64,000 nucleotides of DNA from Eledone cirrhosa (GCA_964016885.1 OZ024747.1:17050001-17114000); one strand, 5' to 3'; counted from the stretch's first letter, positions 29,880-45,646 are shown. Numbers and translations: made by a program. The notes: generated by a model from the sequence alone, not told the origin.

Positions 29880-30335
29880 TATCTTAGCTTAAGTGTCCAA
29901 AGTGCCTAGCCGTTATCTGAGAGATACGGGCTTCGACCCTCGTAGTGCCTCATAGAAACATCTTTTTTCCATCTTTAATGGATGTCAACATGTTTATAAC
30001 CTCATTTATAACATTTCCATGCATGTACACACCTTTGTATTAATTGTATCCCATCATCACTTCTTAAGAGTCTAAGGGATCAGCTACGTATACAAGACGT
30101 TTGTTGACATTTAAAAGCTGTTATTCAGTAATCTAATTTAAGATGGTAAGATTTGTCACGACCCTTTGGCTTATTAGTTCAAATCGCTTAGCCTGTATCT
30201 TGAAGATAAGGGATTCGATCCCTCGTAGCGGCCGACGGTTATATTTCTTCCGTTTTTAAAGGTCTTTAACTTATTTTAAAGCTATTTGATAGGATCTCCG
30301 CGCATGAGTACATCACTCTTTATAAAGTTTATCAA
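29880..30335 (+). repeat. Two diverged ~280-bp-period units, each with a tRNA-like head
   Basis: tagcttaagtg..gggcttcgaccctcgtagtg (29886-29947) and tggcttattag..gggattcgatccctcgtagcg (30167-30230), with similar downstream sequence. Confidence 0.55.
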
Positions 30336-33294
30336 AACTCCTCATGCATGTATGTTGTGACCTGCATGCATAATTAATGTTACACATTTTACATTTCATA
30401 TTACAATATCAGTATTCGGATGGCATTAAAACCTCTCAAACATCGAGATTACTCCTTTATTGAGGTTTGTTCATAGAAATGTTAAAGTATCTGAAATAAT
30501 GATTTACAATATTTTCTCAATATTCTGAGTTCTCGTTCGGATAAAGTCAATATTTTCTTTCATCATCTTGGGATCGATAACATAGAAGCAATGAAATCCT
30601 ACAGGGGATATAATTAACTGTTCCCGCCTTTTGAAATGTTATCGACATATACATATGATAGTAATCATAATTTAGTGTTTGGTGTTGAAATCGATAGAAC
30701 ATTGTGGTATTATACGTTCAATCAAGTTTCATTTTCATTTGTCAAAATTTGATACGAATAACTGTTAGTAAAATAATATGTTAGCCACTTTGTACTCTGC
30801 TAACCATGTGCTAGGTATAGCCGCCCAATGACCCTCAAACAACATCCTACCATCTTAAAAGACAATCAGTTACTAAAAGCTTAGACAAACTCTTTGGAAA
30901 AGAGGAAGTAATCATGACCTTGATAAATGTCAAGGCCAGCTTTAAAAAAAAAAACTATAACAACAATAGGTGACTTTAATATGCAACATATCTCAGGAGT
31001 GCAATAGAAATATCAGCTATAGATGTGTGCCCATTTGTTTGTCAGTTTTTCTTTTCTCTGTATGACAATCTCCAGTAGAAAAAAATATTCGGGATTTGTC
31101 TAATTGATACAAACTCCCTCTGTATTTTATGTATTCTACTTTTACCGAAATTCGAAATCTTAAAAAAGACGAGAGATTTGATATCGAGACACGTAATGAC
31201 GTAACCAAATACATTACAAATTTCCATGGCAATATTCAATACATAATACAAACATGGTATTATGCTAGAAGACGGAGATGAAATGTGTTTCGTTGGAATA
31301 CCATTGAATGCTCCGTTTTATCTGTCATTTATAGAACAATACATCACATTGCTACTTATTCCTTCACAGATAAATGCTCGTTAATTATGTAGTTCTGTCG
31401 TAGATTATATCGAGGTGTTATTTCTCATCATAGTGAGCATATCTATTGAGATTTATATATTATTGACAATTATTTGAGGCCAAGATGTCTATGGTATACG
31501 AAATTTTGACCATTTGGCAGTTTATCTTGCTTGCGTATATGCTTGGATAACTGCTGGGCGTATAACTAAATTGAAATCTACACCATCCTTCTTTTGTTCT
31601 CCGCTATAATTTATGGTTTGATTAATTGCTGCCAATTTTAATAACATTCTGGAATTAATTTCAATTAAATAATAATTCAACTATGTTTAACTCGATTTAT
31701 ATTGTGTTCTAAACGGAAAATTGAATGTTTCTAAATTTCGTGTTAATGGTTTAAACACTATAAATGTAAAACATTAAAACCTCTGAATAAAATTGATATT
31801 AAAACATATTTAATTAGATATTGCTTGCATTTGATAAATTATAAAACTAAATTGCTTATATTCAGCGATTCTATTGTGATGTATAAAAACATTATATCGG
31901 GTTATATTCGAAAAGTAAAATATAACATTATTAAAATGATGGTTATATTTATACATCATATTTTTCTTGTGTTGAAATAGGTTAACTGAGATTCAATACA
32001 CATTTCATCAAAAGTATTCCACCTTTAAGGATCTCCTAGTACATTACGAAATGCGGGTTTCTTATTTTAAGACAAAAAGGGAGATTCAACTGTTAATACT
32101 TCTGTTGCATGATTCGTACATAAACAGTGACTCGTACATAAACTAGTGGTGCCACCTGTGTTATGAATGCTAGTACAAGATTAAATGGCTTAATAATTCA
32201 GATTTATCACATGACCTTTCATTTTTCACCATAATGCAGACAGCTATAATATATGATATATCTGATAAGGTACACGACGAAATCCATACACAGCAAGTAG
32301 GGGCACTTGCTGGAAACCGACTAAGAGTGTTTTTCTTTCCCTGTGTCATACTCAATCTGATGTAAACAACACATATAATCACTTTCAATATAAATAGTTT
32401 AAAATTTTGGTCCGAATACGTTTGATAAATAGTAAAAAAATTCAATGTTTTCTTATAATACAAAAATGTTAAATAAATATAAATTTCATAATTGAATAGA
32501 AATTGCAATTTCAATTGACCAGATACTGTAAAAAGCTCTCTTCTGATTTCCTCATATTTCACTTCATTATAAGTCATTATGAGCGTGTTTCATCTTGTAG
32601 TCGGCTCCTCTATGAACCACAGACAATAACACTGTACAGCGCGCATAGCGAGGTTGGTTTGACCTCAAATACAAAAGAATTCGGTTAATACTACGTATGC
32701 TAGTGAAATCTATTTCTGGAATAATAACTATAACAACAAAAACAATGACAGAAACAAGAACAGCAGCAACAACACAACAACAACAGTACAAACAACAACA
32801 ACAATAATATTACTACTACTATTACTATAACCACTACAACTACTACTACTACTAATAATAATAATAATAAATATCAAAACTGTTTTTGATGATAATAATA
32901 ATGATAATGGAGATTAAATCGTCTGAATCATTTACATATTCATTTTAGTGAACATAGATCGATTTCAAATATGAATCCCATTATTTCTCTGATACTTAAT
33001 AATTGAATGCTTTCGTTTTCGTTTTTGGAAAAAAAAAGGGAAAAACGAAATTTACACAATACAAATCTAAGTAGTCTGTTATACACGAATTTCGACCTAA
33101 ATACTTCCATCAGAGTATAAAGAGCCAAACGCATTCTGTAATAAACGTCTTCAAATGTAGGCTCTCAAAATTATAATCTTTATTTCTTAAAAGGAAAATT
33201 TATAAAGCAAAATCGAGTTGTATAATTGATTTTTATTTTGCAAGAGAAACGTATAGCTTTCTCCCATGGAAGAGGATAATACAAAATAAAACAG

Positions 33295-33428
33295 ATGATT
33301 ATGATGATGGTGGTGGTTGTGGTGGTAGTGGTGGTGGTGGTTGTGGTGGTGGCGGTGGTGGTGGTGGTAGTGGTGGTGGTGGCGGTGGTGATGATGATGA
33401 TGATAATAATAATGGTTATGATAATAGT
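33295..33428. repeat. (GAT)/(GGT)/(AAT) trinucleotide microsatellite
   Basis: Direct reading. Confidence 0.95.
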
Positions 33429-34266
33429 AACACTAATTGGAATTTTTTTAAGACTCACAATATTTGCCGTTCTCGTATGCAACCAACTTTCAACAAGGGT
33501 ATATTGTTAAACTTAATGTTGTTTTTGTTTATTGTATTAGATTAATGTATAAAATATCATCTGCTATAGTCTGTACGAAGACGAAAACTATTTTATCGAT
33601 AAAGGTTCGGCTCATTTTAAGTTGAAATTGTTTTGAAACAGATTAAAAAATACAAGTGTAGAAGAACAATATTGAGTATTATCGTTATTGATTTCTTTCA
33701 GAAACATAAGGACGTTTCTTCAGTGGATGGGTATGTTTGTTTGAAACAACATCAATATAACCAATGATACTTTATTCTATGAAACTCAGCTTGATTAAAA
33801 GTCTGAAATGGCCCAAGGAAATATGTTAACTTAGATTCATGAGATGATACTAAATGTCGGACGCAGTATAGTCAAGTTTTAAGTGAGATTGATTTGCAAT
33901 CTTTATGTTCAGGGCTCAATTATGCAACATAGTATCTTGGATAAGTGTCATTTACCATAGCCGCGATTCGATCCGTGTCTCAAGAGTGACATTGGATAGA
34001 TGGAAACTGTTAGGAATCCGTCGGATGGGCTGTTACTGTAATTCACAGTGAATCTCCCTGAGAAATTCGTTATCATGCATGTCTGTAGAATAGTCTACTG
34101 CGTAAAATCGTCACATGAGTTTAACCTGTATGTTGACTGAACAACTGGTAAACTCACCGGCGAAACCGATGGGGGTCTATTGAATTCCATTGTAAATGGT
34201 TAATAATACTAAATATAAAATTTGAATCTATGCCAAGTTCATCACGGTTAGTAATTACATTGATTA

Positions 34267-35996
34267 GTACATGTAACAACATTTTTTTTTCTCTGTTCCT
34301 GGCTTGTAATCACTTCTTTTGTGTTGCTTAGGTCCCAAATAAATAAATAAAAAGTGCCATTAAAGAGTTAAAAGTTGGGGTTTGTAAACATTCTAAGCTA
34401 TTCGTTAGAATTATTTGTATGCTGGATTTTGCGTTGTATGTAACTTTAATTTGCTTATGTTAAATGATTTTTTTTATGTATGTTTCAGGTTAAATTAAAA
34501 TTATAAAATAAAGAGTAATACCTAAAGAAAATTATAAAAGTGCAATAAAGTATAAAATTGTTAAAAAGTGGATTAAAGAGATTTATTGATACTTGATTTT
34601 CGCACCCTGAATAAAGGGTAAGTTGTGTTTTAAGCATTCGTCTCCAGGATGAAGCAGTTGAACCTGGGTCAAGGAGGAAGTGCAGGTGAAAAAGTCAGAG
34701 AAGTCGACACGAAACTTTCTCAGGCTTTTACACGCTTAGGGATGGCCTCTGCTTCTGCCATGACGTGCCTGGACTGTTTGACGTTTTGGGGGTGCCGTTT
34801 GTGCCCGCGGAGTGGCGGCTATTTATAGGCATCCACCACAAGTTTGAAGGCTCCACAATGGAAACAAGTTCCCGACGCTGCCCCTAGCTCATTCAGTCTG
34901 CCTGAAGGAAGATTACTACAGTGTGAAAGTCCTCTTCGAAGCTCTGCAATACAACTAGTACAATTGGGAAATCATTGGAGACTTCAAGATGGTGGCTTTC
35001 CTGCATGGACTCCAAGGAAGTTTTATCAAATTCCAATGCTTCCTCTGCCTTTGGGACATCAGAGCCACCTCTGCCCACTACAAAAGAAAGAACCGGGAGC
35101 AGCGAACAAAATTTGTAGTTGGGACTCGGAACGTCATGTGGGAGCCACTGGTTGATCCCAGGATTGTGCTCATGCCGCCTCTGCACATTAAGTTGGGGTT
35201 GATGAAGCAGTTTGTGAAGGCTCGCAACCAAGAATCAGCCGCTTTTAAGTACCTTCTTGAGTTCTTCCCAAGTTAGCAGAGGGCAAATCAAAGGTGGAAT
35301 TTTTGTTGGACCTCAGATAAAGAAGGGGTTTGAGTCTACCGAGTTCTCCAATAAGCTCAATAGGATTCAGAGAACAGCATGGAACTGTTTCAAGGCAGTT
35401 GTTAAGGGCTTCCTGGGCAACTACAGAGCTGAAAACTACCAGCATCTGGTGCAGGATCTGATAAAGTCTCTTGTCACCATGGGATGCTGGATGTCGCTTA
35501 AACTCCATATGCTGGACGCTCACCTGGAAAGATTCAAGGACAATATGGGCGCCTACTCAGAAGAACAAGGCGAACGATTCCACCAAGATGTGAAAGAGAT
35601 AGAGCGGAGGTACCAGGGCCACTACAATGTAAAAATGATGGTGGACTATGTATGGGGTCTAGTGCGGGAATGCGACCTGGACTACAACCCCAAATCCAGG
35701 AAATCCAGTCATTTCTGACGTGTATAAGTTGCTTTATAAGTGTTATTTGTTTTTCTTGTTTGCTTTTGATAAGCTTGTGTAATAAAATAAATATATACTC
35801 TGTTGATTTAATTATATGTACTGATAATCTTTCTAAAAATGTGTTTTTTCTTGAAAAATATGAAAAATTTCGAAATATCAAACTCTTGACCACAAACCCA
35901 AACTTCTCATTAAATAATAGTGTTGTTTACAATAATGGGATATGATACTTAGAAATGATACTTAGAACCGGGGAACACGAAATATATTACACGGTG
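34267..35996 (+). mobile_element. Chapaev3-like DNA transposon, internally deleted
   Basis: Right end ...atatattacacggtg|tta at 35996 (CAC..GTG-type terminus). Degenerate left end tta|gtacatgtaacaac..tgttcctgg near 34267 (boundary uncertain). Encloses the transposase remnant. Confidence 0.6.
34644..35718 (+). pseudogene. Frameshifted DDE transposase (Chapaev3/Transib-related family)
   Basis: Motifs EWRLFI, LHNGNKFPTLPLAH, IIGDFKMVAFL, CFLCLWD, PPLHIKLGLMKQFVKA, GIFVGPQI, MSLKLHMLDAHL, SEEQGERFHQD spread over several frames with stops. Confidence 0.85.
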
Positions 35997-38510
35997 TTAT
36001 CCCAGAATATAAATGAAAACTCTTCACAGTCTGATAGATATTTACTTTCTCTAGTACATGCATATTTTTCTGTAATTTCTGATATTTATCATCGTATTTT
36101 ATTAGACCCAGTTTAGCCACCCTTACCTAGCAGATGAATTATCATAAAACCTCCGTCCATTGTATCACATACTTATGTATATGATAAGAAAAAATCAGTT
36201 ACACTGAATCCTTCTATTATAAGAAGTTATGTTTGATTTCAAAACGATTTTGCTAATATTTTTAGCTGTCCACGAACGCTCTTCAAAACTCTCTCATTGG
36301 TTTAACTTTCGTTAGGTTATTTTAAATTAAAGTTGTTGGCAAGGCTGAATGTCAGATACTTTCAACACCTACCATGAATGTTCAGGCTATGTTTGTTTTC
36401 TAACTTATACTTTTAGTGAATCGCGTTAAAGCCCGTTTTTTCTAAATATTACCTCGTGAAAATGGAAATTATACACTTTGCATTTTTGTTCTATACTTAA
36501 ATAAATATAGATAGGTTAACACCAATATAGCCAAAACTGCGAGACTGCCTTATTTGTGTAACGCGAGCCTATTGATTTGGTGACCTGCATTAAAAAGACC
36601 ATAATGAATTCGAACTGAACTGAATTTCATTAGCTGGAATAAAAACAGACGGTGAAAAAACTATAGAAAAATCTGATGGAATACAAACTTTGCTGCAACT
36701 GAAGTGTCGTGTAATTATATAATCCAGTATAAAATATTATCGAACGATAATAAAATATTATTCCAAAGTTCTATGAATTGTAGTGTGGAAAAATGATGGG
36801 AGAAATAGTCATTTATACTCAAAATATATTTCTTAGTATGGAATATAATTCAAATCTCGTGTGACCTGTCTTATGCTTGCTGCACAGATAATACTGCACA
36901 TAATAGGCTAATGATTAATAAAAATAGCTATGCTAAAAAGCAATGCCCAATATACCTAGTGGATTCTTTTCAAATCCAGAGACTATAAAAAAGAATATAT
37001 ATCTGACAGCTTAGATACGAAAAACAGCTTTTCTTAATAACAATTATTACCATCCTTGCATTTATGCGCTGAACGAACATAAACCTCAGTTATGGATTCA
37101 TTTCATTGATGCAATATACGTATAGTTGTAAAGCCAATGTCTGTTGTATGTATACGTTCATGCAAATATTCAGAAGTGTGTGGGTGGGAAATAGAATTAT
37201 ATAAAGGCAGGTTAATGTACATTCATAGATCATTTTAACGCATGGTATAATATATGTCACATTTCATATTATTTATATCGTTTTACTGTGATTTAGCTTG
37301 TTTTCACTGGAATAGTCATGCTAAGGCGAAATTTGGTGATCGCGTGGTATTTCCGATTTATCAACTCATGCAAAGAAGAAGTAGAGATCGTATATGTTCA
37401 ATATATTATTCAACTGCTGAATCGGGATAATATTGAATATTTCCAACGAAACCTAAGTCCAATATAGAAACCGGTTCCCGATCTCAAAAAATGTTCAAGT
37501 AAAATCAATTACGAGATTGGAAAAAATTATTAAATGAAACTTAATATTTGTAACGAATGAGTGGTAATGAATGAAATGGAGATATGTGTTAATGCTAAGG
37601 ACTACAGGATACATGCAGCATAGCTAGGACAAATCTGCTTCTTAATCAATTTTCAATAGAGTATAATCAATGTTTTAACTCAGGTGACATTTCATCAGGA
37701 ACATCCTATATTTTTTGGTATACAGGAAAGTTGAAGCAATATGTTCGTTCTCTTGGCTACGTCTTTATGTTGACTCGTTGGAAATTTAGTTGATATTTCT
37801 TGAAGTTCATAATTTCAAATAACAGCACTGCGCTGGAAACGAGGTATAGTATAAATAGTAACTTTGCGACAGATAAGTAGGGCAAGGGGGTGGATTTCCA
37901 AATTCTGAAATTCGTTTCTCGTGAAATTAATGTAGAAATGACGAAGCCCTCCGGTGATGCTTCTTATCTTATTCAACCTAATTTTGGGTCAGATACAGAT
38001 TGACACATTGTGTGACAAAGCTGCTCCTTTGAATCACATATTTCTAGCTGAGGACAGGGAAAAACTTCGAAATTAGAATTCGCGAGGTTACGAGAATAAT
38101 CCTAACACCTGATATACATAGGGACAGCCATTCACCCGGTGTGTACGTATAATATAGGTGCTTGCGTGCGTATATGTAGTCTGTGTCACACCAAGTACCC
38201 TCTCATTTTCAAATTACAATGGGTGATTGAAGTTTTTTATCACGTTCTTTTTCCTGACACACACAAGCACGACATCAGAACGATCATTGGCATTGAAGAC
38301 ATCATATCTGTCCGTTCCCTTCTCTTTTGATAGGATTGCCTCGGAAACGTAGCCATATTATGTAGAATGTTATCTGATGATGTTGCGTGATTGAACCATC
38401 ACGTAGCCACGATCACTATGGAAATATGTATCACTACTATATTAATAAAGAATGTTTAAACGTCTGCATCGAACTTCGCATTTTCCTTATCTCACACACA
38501 CACACACATA

Positions 38511-38594
<84 letters not shown>

Positions 38595-38877
38595 CATCGG
38601 GATACATATCTAAATATCCAACCAGTCTTAGTCGCGAGTCTACATGTTAACACATATCTGAGAGGCTTCGGATGCCAGAGACAGGATCGATCATTAATCG
38701 ATCGTTCCTCGAGCTGATCAAAAATGAAACATATCTAATATGTAATTAAATATATATATGATGCAACACAGATTCTGTGCTCCCTTATATGTATATATAT
38801 TTATATATATTTATATATATATATATATATATATATAAGCTGGACAGATCTAAGGAGATAAACAAAATAAAAACCTA

Positions 38878-38920
38878 GTCACTGAGGAGATCACAGAATG
38901 TGTGACGAAAGAGCTTTGAC
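38878..38920 (+). ncRNA. Minimal type I hammerhead, family B (element ~38837-39025, between TA and CA tracts)
   Basis: gtca CTGAGGA g-a-tcaca-gaatg-tgtga-c GAAA gagc TT tgac; downstream tail homologous to the 16.7-kb element. Confidence 0.75.
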
Positions 38921-39025
38921 GATATATAAACGCCATTATTGAACAAACCAACTAACCAAAAACATATAATAAATTGAAGGGAAACCAACAGGTTCGTGAG
39001 TTTTCATGACCCTTCCAAAGTATAT

Positions 39026-39224
<199 letters not shown>

Positions 39225-39318
39225 ATTGAAGACATCATATCTGTCCGTTCCCTTCTCTTTTGATAGGATTGCCTCGGAAACATAGCCTTATTATATATAT
39301 ATATATATATATATGAGG

Positions 39319-39367
<49 letters not shown>

Positions 39368-39368
<1 letters not shown>

Positions 39369-39574
39369 CGGCCCTTGCCATTCTGGGGTCAAATCCCGCC
39401 GAGGTTAACATTGACTTTCATCCTTACGGGGTCGATAAAATAAAGTACCAGTAATTCACTGGTTAATTGCTGGCCTTGTGCCAAAAGTAGAAACGATTAT
39501 ATATATATATGAGGTATTATACCAGTAATGCACTGGCTAATTGCTGGCCTTGTGCCTAAAGTAGAAACAATTAT
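39368..39574 (+). mobile_element. 5'-truncated SINE-S plus repeated 3' end
   Basis: 39368-39500 body; 39520-39574 second tail. Confidence 0.85.
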
Positions 39575-39927
39575 ATATATATATATATATATATGAGGTA
39601 TTATATATATATATGAGGTATTACTTTCTGTGATTTTCCTTTACGAGAGCGCATAAGAAAGTTCGTTTTCCAAAGAGAAAACATTAAGACACGGGAAAGG
39701 AAAATCGGGTTGAATCTTGTATTGTTGTATTGAAAGTGAACAAATGAACATGCTGTCATTATATCCTTCATGTATAGCCTGATAACTCTGTTTAAACTCG
39801 AGGGGAAATTGTATGAGTAAATCAACATACAACTATTGTTGATAGATGTTTTGTGTTTGACAATGACATTGTTCTCTCTAGCATGCCCATAATAAACATC
39901 ATATATAATCATTGAATGATAGCGTTG

Positions 39928-39996
<69 letters not shown>

Positions 39997-40212
39997 GCAT
40001 ACATGCGTGTGTATGTATGTTGCGTGTGTGTATGATGGTGTATGTGTTTATGACAGCAAAATAATTATTATGCAAGTACACAACATTGAGTTGAGAATTT
40101 TGCATTATTTCGTTGCTTTATAAACTGTCTGTTCTTGCTTAATTGATTTTTAATTCTAGATATATGTATAGATTTATATTAGTGCGTGCACTGTCGGTTA
40201 CATTCTCGGTAT

Positions 40213-40395
40213 GTGGAATGGCAGTATTGGTAGAGGGTCTGACGTCATGCTTTGACGCATAGAGTTACGGCCCTTTCCATTTTGAGTTCAAATCCCGCCG
40301 AGGTTCACTTTTCCTTTCAACCTTACGGGATCAATAAAATAAATAACCAGTAATGCACTGAGTAATTGCTGGCCTTGTGCCAAAGTAGAAACAAT
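40213..40395 (+). mobile_element. SINE family S
   Basis: Consensus match. Confidence 0.9.
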
Positions 40396-40456
40396 TTATA
40401 CAGATGTAACTTCATATATATATATATATATATACAAATGTGTGTGTGTGTGTGTG

Positions 40457-40498
<42 letters not shown>

Positions 40499-41816
40499 TA
40501 TACACACATTATATATATATATCCATGTATGTGTGTATGTATATCTGTGTGGGCGTGTGTTTTGGTATGTGTGTGTGTGCGTGTGTGTGTGTGTATGTGT
40601 GTGTATGTGTGTATGTGTGTTTGTGTTTTTGCATATTTGTATGTGTGAATGCTTCTCTAGAAATACAATTTCACCCTTTGCAAATAAAATTTTAAAATGT
40701 AAATTGAAACTAATCTAATTTTCAGGCCTTAGTATTTAACAGCACCCCGATCCACACACTATTCATGTATTTCTAGCACTTTAAAATTAAACAGAATTTT
40801 TCCAGCTTGCCAGACCTGTTTCAATGAACAAAATAAAACATGACATTATACAAAAATATGCTTGGAATATGAATCAAAGGCTTTTGGTTTTTACCATTTC
40901 ATACATGTTTATTTAATCAATTTTGCGAAGACACTTCAATGAAAATTTAGAAATAACCTTTGTTTCCCGCGCAATTGAAACTTGAAGATATTTTCCCTTT
41001 TTTTTTTGTTTGTAATTAATTTTTTTTTTTATTTTACACGATGAAAATGGTTATTTATTCGATTATCTTCAGATAGAGAATTTAATAAGTTTAGTTTATG
41101 GACAACTTGTTAGAATCCATAAAACGAGTTATTTGACAGCTGAATCCATAGATGTTTAGATAGTGGCTCAGATATGTTAGCTCCATTTTGATTAATGTAA
41201 CATTGAATATAAATAACACGGAAAACTTCTTGCATGTGCTTGTATTATACCATTCACACATCATATTCGAGGAAACACCAGATTCTTAGGAATATAGAAA
41301 TAGAAGAAACCAGATTGATATTGCAATAACAGGATTTACAGATACCTAATGAAATTCTATGTATTTCCCTAAACCAAATAGACATAACTTCCATGTTTGC
41401 CTTACCAAAGATGTATTGATATTTAACCCTCTGATGGCTTTACAGCTGTATTTGTCAGGTAATAAACAGACTAGAGTAAACTCATCGCACCAGTTTTGTG
41501 ACCGTGTGGGAACCGTCTTACTACATACAGATTTTATTTTTTAAATACATGGTGTAACATTAGATAATTAGAGGAATTGATGAATTAACAAGGTAAATTT
41601 AATGCAGTACTGACGTCATATTTATCTAAATTAATATATACAATGTAGCTAATTACGATAACTAGAAACTATATCAGAGGATAGCGAACATAGCGCATCA
41701 ATATAATTTAATTTTCAACAAATTGCATTTCCCTGTTCAACACATTCATTTTAAATAAGACACACATAATATATATATAGGTATACACACACACCCACAC
41801 ACACTCACACACACAC

Positions 41817-41888
<72 letters not shown>

Positions 41889-41889
41889 A

Positions 41890-41972
<83 letters not shown>

Positions 41973-41979
41973 ATATAGG

Positions 41980-42236
41980 TATTGTTATACTAGGGGAGGG
42001 TCATATTGTTGTAATAATATTGACAGAAATAATAACGGAACATACTCACTGTTTGGTTGGTTTTCGCTTCTGTATCTTTTATATCTCCCCAGTTAATTCA
42101 TTCAGTCCTCAATGTTTACCATGTTCAGTTAATATTTCTGGCGATATTATTACAACAATATGACCCTCCCGAAGTATAACAATATTTGTTTCGACACACG
42201 ATTTCATATCAAAAACCTCGCAAAACAAAAACATAC
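41980..42236. mobile_element. Family B tail element with inverted arms (no ribozyme retained)
   Basis: Imperfect inverted arms 41980-42043 and 42121-42184; homologous to 3013-3155 and 16661-16774; flanked by TA tracts. Confidence 0.75.
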
Positions 42237-42272
42237 ATGCATAAATATATGTCTATATATACCCACATACGA

Positions 42273-42928
<656 letters not shown>

Positions 42929-43696
42929 GTATTTATATACCAAGTAAGTGATAATATGATGATCGTAAAAAAAAATAGAAACTTTTGCAACTGTCTCTTT
43001 ATTTTTCCATCTATGGAAAATGTTATTTAAATTCTAGGACCTTGCACTAATAATTGAATGTAACCCATGTTGTCAACATTTGAAATAAACCAGTTATATT
43101 CTATGCTATACAAATATGGAAGGTCATATTTGATAATATAGTGAGGTTTGAGGTCAGCATACGACCTATTTTCATCCCTAAAATAATCTTTCATTCATAA
43201 TATTCTTTTCCATCCAAAACTGAAATCTACCTTCCTCTACCCATAATTTAAGGTTCTCTTACTACTAGATTACTATCTTGACCTTCACTATCTTTCTATT
43301 GGTCGATTCAAAACCTGTTCCCAAACAGACCTATTGTATTAAATCTTTGTTTTCTTCAATAAACAAATATCATTATTTCTGAAGACAGCATATATATGTG
43401 TAGGTATGTATATTCCCTCTGATAGTTTGTATAAATATTTTACATAGATCTATAGAATATGCATACCAACACTAACACATATATATCCTAGAAACGATCG
43501 TAAAATGATGAATTTTTTTTAATATAAGGAACTGTTTCTTTGTTTATTCATTACTTTATTAATTTATCTTGACTCTGTTTTCCGTTAATTTTCACCGAAA
43601 ATAGTTTTTGAATGCATCTTCTCTTTTCATGATATCCGGATTACATTGAGTTCTTCATACGAATTAGACACTACCGTAAATTTTGGTAGATTTATC

Positions 43697-43758
<62 letters not shown>

Positions 43759-43844
43759 TAAGTTATTCCGGGTTGAATCGGAGGTAACCACAGTAGGTAA
43801 GGTACTCAATATATAGCAGAGTATAAAGTTTTAATATAGATGAG

Positions 43845-43887
43845 ATTCTACAGGACTAGAACTGTTTCATTCTTAAGAAATCATCAG

Positions 43888-43891
<4 letters not shown>
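43845..43891 (-). ncRNA. Type I hammerhead, family D (element 43757-43891 inside (TA)n)
   Basis: attc CTGATGA tttcttaagaat GAAA cag-ttctagtc-ctg TA gaat. Confidence 0.78.
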
Positions 43892-43966
<75 letters not shown>

Positions 43967-44022
43967 CACATAATCATCCCGTGTTTTATGTGTACCAAGG
44001 GCTATGTTATTCTATTTTATTT

Positions 44023-44477
44023 GGATTGGCAGTATCGGTAGAGGGTCGGATGCCAGGCTTTGACGCACAGTGTTACGGCCCTTGCCATTCTGAGTTCAAA
44101 TCCCGCCGAGGTTAACTTTGCCTTTCATCCTTACGGGGTCGATAAAATAAAGTACCAGTAATGTATTTGGTAATTGCTGGTCTTGTGCTTAAAGTAGGAA
44201 CAATTATTTTATTTGTTAAGGGCGGTGAATTGAATTGGCAGTATTGGTAGTTGGCTGGACGCCATGTTTTCTAGCATAGTTACGTCCCATTACGATCTGA
44301 ATTCAAATATTCCGCGGTAGATTGGCAGTATCGGTATAGTTACGGCCATTTACGATTTGAGTTCAAATCCCACAGAGGTTCACTTTGCCTTTCATCCTTT
44401 TGGGTGGATAAAATAAAGTACCAGTAATGCACTGGGATAATTGCTGGCCTTGTACCAAAAGTAGAAACAATTATTTT
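44023..44477 (+). mobile_element. Cluster of SINE-S copies (44023-44208; head 44221-44307; internally deleted copy ~44314-44477)
   Basis: Consensus match. Confidence 0.88.
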
Positions 44478-45063
44478 ATTTGACAGGCACAAGCACTTGG
44501 ATGTTATTTCTAGCAAGTCAGAATAGGCTTACAGTGTATATCATCAGCGTGGTATACCAACAAGTAAACATAGGACTGCCCATCGATAAATAAGATTGTA
44601 TGTTTATATGTGCAAACGTATCAAATCGACTAGATGCGCACAAACCAGCCCATTAATGATTAATGTATCTTTGAGATTGGTTTTTCAGGTAATGCTAAGA
44701 CAACAAAGCTCTTCTGACTGTTTGCTTGGTTGTAAAAGCACAGAATATAATAGACCGTATGAGTAATTAAAGCAACAACGATTTATAGGATTCCATTATT
44801 GTCTAGTTGCCAATTAATTATTCGACGATGTGATGGGTTGAAATCAAAAACAACAACTAGCCACCAATGCATTAAATAAGTATTCAAATGAATAGAATGA
44901 TTTGTCAATAGGAAGAGGAAATGTAGCTTATGAATAGTAGCTTATAATATAATCGGACACAAATATAGCACAAATACAGACAGCCTCATAGGCACATACA
45001 CATATACACAAAGAGCGATAGATACAGAATCACACACGTATGTCAAAGACACTTGAACACTCA

Positions 45064-45125
<62 letters not shown>

Positions 45126-45196
45126 CTATATATGAATATATATATATATATATTATATATATACTATATATGAATATTATATATATATACTATATA

Positions 45197-45243
<47 letters not shown>

Positions 45244-45368
45244 TATATATACATATGCACACATATACATATCTACACACATATATATATACATATATAT
45301 ATACATACACATATGTAACCAAACTTAAATCCACACACACACATGTATGTATATATATATATATATAG

Positions 45369-45561
45369 AGGAACAAGTAAGACCCCGACGGCTGAGCTCA
45401 AGCCGTTTCGACAGCCAATTCTGGAGTCCAGAATTAGCCGTCGAAACGGCTTGAGCTCAGCCGTCGGGGTCTTACTTGTTCCTATTACCCACTCTACTAC
45501 CCTAAGTATTGAGTACTTTGGTGCGTTATGGTCCACCTGGTTCCTTACCACATTTCCTTCG

Positions 45562-45563
<2 letters not shown>
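45369..45563 (+). mobile_element. Family A fold-back element (young)
   Basis: Near-perfect palindrome 45369-45483 centred on ggagtcc; tail into (TA)n; close reverse complement of 8654-8851. Confidence 0.85.

Positions 45564-45646
<83 letters not shown>

Noticed and set aside
32170-32791. Possible host exon or regulatory element (135-aa ORF, cagcaagt/acttgctg hairpin, gtgccacctgtg motif)
   Set aside because: No recognisable protein similarity or convincing splice context; short motifs are expected by chance
38369-38437. CTGATGA + hairpin + GAAATATGTATC, possible family C-like hammerhead
   Set aside because: Stem I does not pair and stem II is not closed next to GAAA; at best a dead relic, so not called
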